This document shows positions 57,265 to 64,000 of a DNA stretch of 64,000 bases, in pieces (the first letter of the stretch is position 1; each line of letters starts with the position of its first letter). The position numbers and the translations under genes were made by a program. The stretch spans positions 26,916-90,915 of the forward strand of contig JBCCQY010000014.1 in the NCBI GenBank assembly GCA_039208735.1, in the 5' to 3' direction. The notes under the pieces were generated by a model. The model made no database searches. It was not told the origin of the DNA and was given only the letters and a program-made list of their open reading frames with translations. The stretch is from Myxococcota bacterium. GTDB lineage: Bacteria; Myxococcota_A; UBA796; GCA-2862545.

Positions 57265-58163
57265 GCCCCCCTCCGCAAACGCCACAGCTGCCAAGGCGCA
57301 TCTGCCTGACCCGCGGCTCGACAAAGGCCAAGGACGCGCAACCCACACTGCACTTCGATTCGCTCGTGCCACGCATCCTCCTCGACCAAGAGCCACGCAG
57401 CATCGGGGCCTCCAGGGGGCACCCCTGGCCCCTCGGCCCAGAAGCCCAATGCGCGAGCTCCGGCGGGAGTCAGGTACGGCGAGGAGGACCGGCTTGTTGC
57501 ATCGGCGGCGGCCAGCCGGTCGATCTCGGCGTTGACCTGAACGAACAACACATCGAACCCGTCGGCGTCGAGCGCTTCGGCACGAGCCAGCAACGCCCGT
57601 CGGGCCGCAGGCCAGTCCGGATCAATCTCGATGGTCGACGCGGCGATCGGAACGGTTCGCAGGCACACGAAATCTGCCGCGTCGTGGGTCAGGGTTGCTT
57701 CGACCCACTCGGTTTGCTCTTTATCGTGGATCAACGCGTGCGCCGTGAGTTGGGTGTCGTCCACCTGACGGATGTGGATCGGACCCACCGAGGCGGCGAG
57801 GTGCTCCTCGAGTGCCCGGCCGATGCGTTCCGACCACGCCACCAACGAAAACGTGGCGTCGATTTCAGACATTCGGGTGGACTTGGCTTCTCGCAACCAA
57901 GCCCCTGCCATCAGTCCGCGGTGCCGCACGGTCGCATCATCGAGCCCCGATCGGGTCTTCGGGGATGCCACAACGGCGCCAATCACCCACCAGAGACCCA
58001 GGTTGAGCCCAACGACCCCGAAGATCGAAAGGTCGTACGTGAGGTCAGACCACCGCAAAAACGGGAAGCCTAGGGTCATCCCAATCAGCAGCCCACCCGT
58101 GACGCCGATCAGTGCATTGCGCAACGCCGCTGGCCAGGCATCGAGCCGGTCGTAGAGGTGCAT
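57261..58163 (-). CDS. Two-TM membrane protein; eroded Tim44-like paralogue of the adjacent gene
   Basis: PYLTPAGARALGFWAE vs PYVTDRMYQSLRFWVE; VEEDAWHERIEV vs VELDAWYESITV; RAAG in both. Confidence 0.7.
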   Translation of the reverse strand: MHLYDRLDAWPAALRNALIGVTGGLLIGMTLGFPFLRWSDLTYDLSIFGVVGLNLGLWWVIGAVVASPKTRSGLDDATVRHRGLMAGAWLREAKSTRMSEIDATFSLVAWSERIGRALEEHLAASVGPIHIRQVDDTQLTAHALIHDKEQTEWVEATLTHDAADFVCLRTVPIAASTIEIDPDWPAARRALLARAEALDADGFDVLFVQVNAEIDRLAAADATSRSSSPYLTPAGARALGFWAEGPGVPPGGPDAAWLLVEEDAWHERIEVQCGLRVLGLCRAAGQADAPWQLWRLRRGA

Positions 58164-58765
58164 CACCGAATCCGGGGCGCGTCGTCGAGGTCCAGCTTTC
58201 GGGCCCCTGTGTGCGGAACGTGCTCCGCGAGAAGTTCGCCGATCGCGTCGAGTCCCGACAAGAATGCGGTGAGGTCGCTCGATGAACAATGCCCTAGCGC
58301 ATCGCCCCATTTTCCCCGGGGAATTCGAGCCTCAAGTCCGACATCGGGAATGAGTTCGATCTCGCCTTCCCAAGCACTCACGTACACGAGCAATCCGGTT
58401 CGGAGCGGGGTGGCATGAACGGCTTCGAGATGGAACTCGGCCGCGGCGGCTTGGCGCACCTGATTGAGCTTGCGATCCGCGGAGGCAAGCCAGGTGGAGG
58501 CTCGGTGTCCGGTCAGTCCCCAGCTGGCTACGATGAACACGAAGGCCAGATCGACAATGGCAAGCACGGGGTGGATGGTCACCGGCAACGCCAAGAGCAC
58601 CACGAAGGTGATCAGGGCGGCCACCGCACCTCCAACTTGGGCGAGGTCGCGGTAGTTGCCGGATTGGGTGGCCGCAACAACCACGACTTCAGCGTCGGTT
58701 TTGCGTTCAAGCTCGGCCACCTTGGTGGCCACAGCGGCCCGAAAACGGTCGTCAGCGTGCAGCAT
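58163..58765 (-). CDS. TPM domain membrane protein
   Basis: VAELERKTDAEVVVV, AAAEF...T..RTGLLVYVS..E..IELIPDVG, W, LAEHVP, LDDAP. Confidence 0.85.
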   Translation of the reverse strand: MLHADDRFRAAVATKVAELERKTDAEVVVVAATQSGNYRDLAQVGGAVAALITFVVLLALPVTIHPVLAIVDLAFVFIVASWGLTGHRASTWLASADRKLNQVRQAAAAEFHLEAVHATPLRTGLLVYVSAWEGEIELIPDVGLEARIPRGKWGDALGHCSSSDLTAFLSGLDAIGELLAEHVPHTGARKLDLDDAPRIR

Positions 58766-58771
58766 GGACCC

Positions 58772-59587
58772 TCAGATCGTGATGAGGCGAAAGGGAGCGT
58801 CGCGCATGAAGCCACATCGCTCATAGACCTTCACGGCCGCGACGTTGGCTTCGTTGACGTGCAACGTCACGCGAGGGGCACGACGCAGCAAGCGACCCCC
58901 TAGGGCTGCGATCCCTTGTTGGGCCAGACCTTGGCTGCGATGGGCGGGAGGCACATAGGTTCCCCCGATCTGGGCCCCTTCGGCATGCTGGGTTCCCACG
59001 TTGACTTGGAAGACGATCGCGCCGTCACGCTCGATGACCCAAGTGCGTCCCGCCTTCACCCGCTCCTTGACGATGTGGTCGTGCAGTTGGGGATCCGCCC
59101 CCACAGGGTCGACCCCTAGATCCTCACGTTCCATCGCCGCTGAAAAATCAGCGATGACTGGCCATTCTGGGTAGGTCGCACGCCGAAATCCGTCGGTTTC
59201 GGGGCCCGGAGGGGCCTCTGTGAGCACGTACAAGCGCTGGTCGAAGTGCGCTCGGCCACGCCGTCCGCGGGCCCACTCCTTCCACAGCGCGTCGGTCGCC
59301 TCGCGCGGTCCCACCATCAGGGTGGGGGTGCGAATGTGAAACAGGTGGGCCCCAATGCGGGCCGCGTCGTGGGGATCGGGGCAGTAGGGCACGGCGAGTC
59401 GACGGGGCAGCAACAGCGCAACGCCGCAGAGTTCGCCATCCTCGAACGCCCCGTACCATCCGCCCCGAGACACCGGGTGAGCCGCAAGGAAGCCCAACAG
59501 GAAGAGATTGACGACCACATCCTGTTCCAGCAAGCGACGGATCCCCGCTTCGTCCGCCTGCGTAAGGCGTTCGACGCCGTCCATCAT
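58772..59587 (-). CDS. GNAT family N-acetyltransferase, DUF4081-type
   Basis: QIGGTYVPPAHRSQGLA, LHVNEANVAAVKVYERCGF; GGAGG RBS. Confidence 0.88.
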   Translation of the reverse strand: MMDGVERLTQADEAGIRRLLEQDVVVNLFLLGFLAAHPVSRGGWYGAFEDGELCGVALLLPRRLAVPYCPDPHDAARIGAHLFHIRTPTLMVGPREATDALWKEWARGRRGRAHFDQRLYVLTEAPPGPETDGFRRATYPEWPVIADFSAAMEREDLGVDPVGADPQLHDHIVKERVKAGRTWVIERDGAIVFQVNVGTQHAEGAQIGGTYVPPAHRSQGLAQQGIAALGGRLLRRAPRVTLHVNEANVAAVKVYERCGFMRDAPFRLITI

Positions 59588-59643
59588 GCCTCCTCGGAGT
59601 CGCCAGCTCATGCTACGGACCCTCTTGACCAAAGGAGTGGGCG

Positions 59644-60240
59644 ATGGTGCCAAGCGGCCCCAAGGCGGTCTCTGTCCTGGAAAGCGGTGAAGACGATGGT
59701 TGGGTCCCCAAGCCAGGGTGGTACCCCGAAATGACTCCGCAGGGCGAGACTCGCCTCACGGTGAGTGTCGGACATCAGCGTCTCCCCGCTGTGCATCAGG
59801 CCTTGGTTCGGGCCATGCCGGCTCCCCTGTCCGTTCTGTATCGGCAGCGAATCGACCGTTCCGCCGTCGAACAAGGCAAAACCCCTCCGCAAGGCCAGCC
59901 TCCGCGAGACTTCGTTGCGGTGTCGTTGTCGACCGACACGGTGATCGCGGCGCTGCAAGCCGCAGCGGATCTTGTCTACGGTGACGCTCGTAACGAGGTG
60001 TGGGTTCGAAGCGCCCAGCACGACCAACTCGTGCTCGATGAGGATGGGGTCGTCTACGTTTACCCTGACGACCCAGTGTTTCGCGATGCGCTTCGGGCGG
60101 AGTCGCTGCCCGAACACGATGTCGACACGATGCACGACCGCGACTACGTAAAGCACTGGTTCCGGCCAGAGTGTGATGCCCAAGAAACCGCATTCTTGAC
60201 CACGCTTGGCCTGACGGAAGTGCCCCACCGTAGGGCTTGA
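59644..60240 (+). CDS. Hypothetical cytoplasmic protein
   Basis: AGGAG RBS; fills the gap before dusB; no recognised motif. Confidence 0.7.
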   Translation: MVPSGPKAVSVLESGEDDGWVPKPGWYPEMTPQGETRLTVSVGHQRLPAVHQALVRAMPAPLSVLYRQRIDRSAVEQGKTPPQGQPPRDFVAVSLSTDTVIAALQAAADLVYGDARNEVWVRSAQHDQLVLDEDGVVYVYPDDPVFRDALRAESLPEHDVDTMHDRDYVKHWFRPECDAQETAFLTTLGLTEVPHRRA

Positions 60241-60252
60241 GGAGGCCGCGCC

Positions 60253-61275
60253 GTGTTCGCGATCCGTCATCTCCACATCGATCCTGGGCTCGTGCTTGCC
60301 CCGATGGAGGGCGTGACCGATCTGAGTTTTCGACGCTTGGTGCGCTCCATTGGTGCGGTGGGCCTTACCGTTACCGAGTTCATCCCGGGGCGCAGCTTGG
60401 CCGAAGGCCACAAGAACGCACTGAAGATGGCCGAGTTCGACCCAGACGAACGACCGGTCAGCGTACAAGTCTACGGCCGAGACCCCGCGGTGCTTGCCGA
60501 TGCGGCTCGCTACGTCGAGCAGGAACTCGGCGCCGACATCGTCGACCTCAACATGGGGTGCCCGAGCAAGAAGGTCTGCAAGAACTCCGGTGGGTCGGCG
60601 CTCATGCGCGAACCCGAGCTTGCCCAGCAGATCGTCAAGGCGATGCGGGCTGCCGTGTCCATCCCCTTCACGGTGAAGATGCGCGCCGGTTGGGATGCCT
60701 CCCTCCGAAATGCCCCCGAAATCGCAGCGATGTGTGAAGGCGAAGGCGCAGAGATGGTCGCCGTGCATTGGCGCACACGAGCCGACCTCTACAAGGGAGA
60801 ACGCGACCTTTCCATCATTCGCCGCGTGAAGGAAGCGGTCCGCATCCCCGTTCTCGCGAATGGTGACATCGTCGATGAGGACTCGGCGATGAACACCCTT
60901 GCAGAGACGGGTTGTGATGGTCTGATGATTGGCCGGGGAGCGATTCGAGACCCCTGGGTGTTCAAGAAGATCGTGGCGCGGCAACAGGGGCTTTCCGACC
61001 TCACCGTTGATTTGGCCGAGCGCAAACGGGTGCTCGTCGAATTCTACGGGGTGCTCGAGCGGACATCGCGAACCGAGAAGGGCGCGCTTGGGCGGATGAA
61101 GAAGATCGGCCGGTACTTTACCGAGGGCGTGCCCCGCGGCGACGAGCTGCGTCAGGCGATTTTTCATGCCCAGGCCGTCCAAGAGGTGTTCGACCGCATC
61201 GCGGAGCACTTCGCGCAGCTCGATCGCGAGGACACACCTCCGCTTGAAGCGGGGTCCCAGCCGACCGCTGCGTGA
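60253..61275 (+). CDS. dusB: tRNA-dihydrouridine synthase
   Basis: LAPMEGVTD, DLNMGCP catalytic Cys, GSALM, TVKMRAGW, NGDI, MIGRGA. Confidence 0.92.
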   Translation: MFAIRHLHIDPGLVLAPMEGVTDLSFRRLVRSIGAVGLTVTEFIPGRSLAEGHKNALKMAEFDPDERPVSVQVYGRDPAVLADAARYVEQELGADIVDLNMGCPSKKVCKNSGGSALMREPELAQQIVKAMRAAVSIPFTVKMRAGWDASLRNAPEIAAMCEGEGAEMVAVHWRTRADLYKGERDLSIIRRVKEAVRIPVLANGDIVDEDSAMNTLAETGCDGLMIGRGAIRDPWVFKKIVARQQGLSDLTVDLAERKRVLVEFYGVLERTSRTEKGALGRMKKIGRYFTEGVPRGDELRQAIFHAQAVQEVFDRIAEHFAQLDREDTPPLEAGSQPTAA

Positions 61276-61346
61276 TCGGTGACCGTCTGGTCGGTGGCGC
61301 GTTACTGGCCCTGCGTTCGCGGGCAATGCCCGTCCAGGGGGGCTCC

Positions 61347-62432
61347 ATGTCAACGTCAGGACTCGCGCAGGCAGGCGAATCCCGACCGTCGACTCGCCGT
61401 TTCGGTTCAAGGCCCCTCACGGCCATGGTTGCCGTGGTGGTTTGGGGATGGTTGCTCGGTTGCATGGGCCTTTTCGGCTCACAGCCGCTTCCGGAGGACC
61501 TCGCCGTGGCTCGTCAGCAGCTCGCTGATGGGCAGCTCCCCGAAGCCACGACTTCGTTCAAGACGTTGTTCGATGCCCATCCGAACTCGACCGATGCGGC
61601 CAGTGGCTACGCCTATACGCTCATGCTCGCAGGTCGGACCGACGAAGCCGACGCGGTGCTCGCCACCTTGGACTACGGGCGTTCGAGCGAGATTGCCCTG
61701 CGTCGAGCCCTCCTCGCCCGAAGGGTGGGCAACTTCGATGGGGTTCGCGACCATGGCTTACGTTCGGGCACCGACGCGGGCAAGATCATGGCCGCCGAAG
61801 TGCAGATCATCGACCTTGAGCTTGATCAAGCCACCGCGACGCTAAACGAAGTAGCTTCGGGCGCCAGCGTCGAGGCCGCCACGGCGCGCGAGTACTTGGC
61901 TCTCCTGCAGAACGAAGACTCGATCTACCGCACCCTCGCCAACCCGGTCGCGCTTTGGTCACTTGGAAAGCGCCAAGATGCCTGCGAGGGAGCCGAAATC
62001 CTGCTGCGAAAGCTTCCCGCGGATGCTCGCCGGAGCGAGTTGCTCCTGTTGTGGGCGGGTCGCGCCGTGACCTCGGGTCAACCTCGCATCGCGCGAAGCA
62101 TGGTGGAAGAAGCGGTCGGCTTGCCCCCTGAACTCAAGTGGCGCGAGCAGGCCACCCTCGCGATGATCGACATCGCGGAGGGAAATGCGAAGTCAGGCAT
62201 CGCCATCTTCGACCGTTTGCTCGCCCAGAAAAAGGGCGTACCGGCTGATGGCCTCGATGACGCCAGGGTGACCGCCTGCGCGTTGGCCACCGACCCCACC
62301 ACGGCCCAGCGGTTGGTCCGTGGCCTCAACTCGCCTGGGGCGGCTCGCTGTCTGCTCCAGGCCGGAGCTGTCGAGGCTGCCCGCACCCGCACCGCACCAA
62401 ACGCGCTTGGTCGCATGCTGGAGAATCTCTGA
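61347..62432 (+). CDS. TPR-like helical protein, probable lipoprotein
   Basis: WGWLLGC motif; Ala/Leu-rich TPR-like helices. Start is uncertain (61272, 61347 or 61425). Confidence 0.65.
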   Translation: MSTSGLAQAGESRPSTRRFGSRPLTAMVAVVVWGWLLGCMGLFGSQPLPEDLAVARQQLADGQLPEATTSFKTLFDAHPNSTDAASGYAYTLMLAGRTDEADAVLATLDYGRSSEIALRRALLARRVGNFDGVRDHGLRSGTDAGKIMAAEVQIIDLELDQATATLNEVASGASVEAATAREYLALLQNEDSIYRTLANPVALWSLGKRQDACEGAEILLRKLPADARRSELLLLWAGRAVTSGQPRIARSMVEEAVGLPPELKWREQATLAMIDIAEGNAKSGIAIFDRLLAQKKGVPADGLDDARVTACALATDPTTAQRLVRGLNSPGAARCLLQAGAVEAARTRTAPNALGRMLENL

Positions 62433-62836
62433 TGCTGCCGCTTGTTGTCGTGTTATCGTCGTTCGCGGAGGCGGCGGACCCCGAAGGCATTCCCGTGACC
62501 GTGCGGGTGGTCGACGAAAACCGCAACCCCATCTCCACGGCGGTGGTGCGCCACCCGGAAGAAAAAGACCGGCACCGGGTCAACGCGAAGACGGGCGAAT
62601 GGACCGATCGGGTGCTGTACCTGCCCGATGGTCGCGAACTGTTCTTCGTGAAGGGCCTGCGCCTCGATCTCGAGGTTTCCGCCCCGGGGTACCGTACCGA
62701 ACGGGTGGTCTACGAAGTCCGCAAGCGTCGGAACGTCTTTGAAGTTCCTCTCGAGGCGCTGAAAATCGATGCTAGCCAGGACACGGTCGAAGACGTCGAA
62801 GTGCTGATGCCGCGTCCCCGCCCCCTCGACAAGTGA
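62432..62836 (+). CDS. Secreted protein with a carboxypeptidase-regulatory-like beta-sandwich
   Basis: Short signal peptide; VRVVDENRNPI..A.V, VSAPGY. Confidence 0.7.
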   Translation: MLPLVVVLSSFAEAADPEGIPVTVRVVDENRNPISTAVVRHPEEKDRHRVNAKTGEWTDRVLYLPDGRELFFVKGLRLDLEVSAPGYRTERVVYEVRKRRNVFEVPLEALKIDASQDTVEDVEVLMPRPRPLDK

Positions 62837-62849
62837 CCGGAGGCTGACC

Positions 62850-63938
62850 GTGAAGCGTTCCTCCCTGACGGGTGTGGTCGGCGCCACCCTGCTCCTCGCT
62901 CTTCCCTTGGTGGCCGCCGGACAAACGTGGTCGAGCTACCGCGCTGCCTTTCCGATGTTTCCCTGCTCCGACGGGTGGGCAGGTTGCATCGTCGAAGGCC
63001 AACGGGTTGGCCAGGGCGTCGATGCGTTGCCCGCCGACTTGCGAGTGGATTGGTTCACGCTTGGCGCCACGGCCACGTTCTCACCGTTTGCCGGCTTGTC
63101 GACGTACACAGGCGACAGTCAGGCATCGGGTGAGCGGGTTCCCAACGTCGTGGAGCGGCCCCCCTCGAACCCAAAAGAGCCTGAACCGGTGGCCGTTCAG
63201 CCGGTTCCCCGTCCCGCGCAGCCGGTTCAACGGCCGGTGCGGCCGGTACCGCCACGACCGGCGCGTCCGGTGCCTCCGCCGGTTTCGCCGGTCCAACCCG
63301 TCCGCGTTGCCAAAGACCCTGGAGGGACTGGTGACGAAAGCGGCTGCGGCGACTTGATTGCCCTCGAGACGCCGGCCATGCTCGGTCAGCTCGAGAAGGA
63401 CAGCCGGGCGTGTCTTGAGGGTCGCATCGCGGGCAGCGACAAGCAGACCACGAAGCTTCATGCCTCCATGATCCTCATCCAAAATGCCTGGGGTGCGGGT
63501 CAACGAGGCCAATGGGAAAAGCTCGTTCTTCGCCACCTCGAAGAGATCGACCGCTCCGACCCCGCACTTTGCTACAAACTAGCGTTGCACCTCGAAGAGC
63601 AGGGCCCTCCGCGAGCGGCAGAGGTCATTCGCTGGGCGGACTTGTCGATGAGCAACGCGCGTCGCGTTTGGTCCGACGAAGACTACACCGACAAGATGTA
63701 CTCGCTACATCGCCTGAAATCGAAGGCTGCAAGCGAGCTTTGGTACGTCGCCGAAGAACATCACACGTCGAATCCGACCCCCGACTCCAGACAGGCCGCG
63801 GAAAAGTATCGGGGGCAAGCTAAGAACTACTCCAAGGAGTGGTACTTGTTCGCCAAGCGGGTGGGCAAGGACACAACGCATCCTCGCGAGATGTGCCTTT
63901 CCGCAGCGGGAACCTCGGATTTCTGCGAGGACGCCTGA
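62850..63938 (+). CDS. Secreted protein with a Pro-rich linker and Cys-containing helical C-terminal domain
   Basis: Signal peptide; PVPRPAQPVQRPVRPVPPRP linker; GGAGG RBS. Confidence 0.7.
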   Translation: MKRSSLTGVVGATLLLALPLVAAGQTWSSYRAAFPMFPCSDGWAGCIVEGQRVGQGVDALPADLRVDWFTLGATATFSPFAGLSTYTGDSQASGERVPNVVERPPSNPKEPEPVAVQPVPRPAQPVQRPVRPVPPRPARPVPPPVSPVQPVRVAKDPGGTGDESGCGDLIALETPAMLGQLEKDSRACLEGRIAGSDKQTTKLHASMILIQNAWGAGQRGQWEKLVLRHLEEIDRSDPALCYKLALHLEEQGPPRAAEVIRWADLSMSNARRVWSDEDYTDKMYSLHRLKSKAASELWYVAEEHHTSNPTPDSRQAAEKYRGQAKNYSKEWYLFAKRVGKDTTHPREMCLSAAGTSDFCEDA

Positions 63939-64000
63939 TGGTCGGGCTTCTGGGGGCGCTGCTCGGCTGCAGCGGCACACCCACGACCGACGCACCACCC
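63938..64000 (+). CDS. N-terminus of a probable lipoprotein, cut by the window edge
   Basis: TGATG overlap; MVGLLGALLGCSGTPTTDAP. Confidence 0.55.
   Translation, partial: MVGLLGALLGCSGTPTTDAPP

Noticed and set aside
59608..61410. 600-aa minus-strand ORF
   Set aside because: Antisense shadow of dusB and its neighbour; no motifs, and long stop-free antisense frames are expected at this GC content.
1..64000. CRISPR arrays, tRNA/rRNA genes, IS elements, prophage
   Set aside because: No spaced repeats, cloverleaf or rRNA-like segments, transposase, integrase or phage genes seen; almost all sequence is accounted for by CDS.

Overview
GC-rich, very densely coded bacterial chromosome segment with about 64 CDS and many 1-4 bp start/stop overlaps. 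Gene content (Ser/Thr kinase, ECF sigma plus caspase-like protease, many Cys-rich lipoproteins, rpsO-pnp-dut) suggests a Myxococcota/deltaproteobacterial-type organism; that is inference. I see no rRNA, tRNA, CRISPR array, transposase or phage gene. Housekeeping genes: rpmB, rbfA-truB-rpsO-pnp-dut, ffh, yicC-gmk, greB, dusB. Accessory content: five glycosyltransferases coupled to ffh, two orphan amino-methyltransferases, a voltage-gated K+ channel, a SUV3-like helicase, NrtR, a FIST protein, a cation-chloride cotransporter homologue, a GH55-like beta-helix lipoprotein and a TPM/Tim44/START/MazG operon. The best candidate for an undescribed system is the minus-strand 7-gene run at 43655-50020. 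It encodes an ECF sigma, a membrane anti-sigma, an exported caspase-family protease with a probable outer-membrane beta-barrel, two lipoproteins, a membrane protein and a full-length ArgRS-like protein that has lost its HIGH motif. Also notable: a 59-aa gene missed by the ORF track, a highly structured 365-nt rpsO-pnp spacer, and recurrent ultra-short signal peptides with no basic n-region. All family calls come from motif recognition by eye, not database searches. Starts were adjusted from the ORF track using RBS and overlap evidence.
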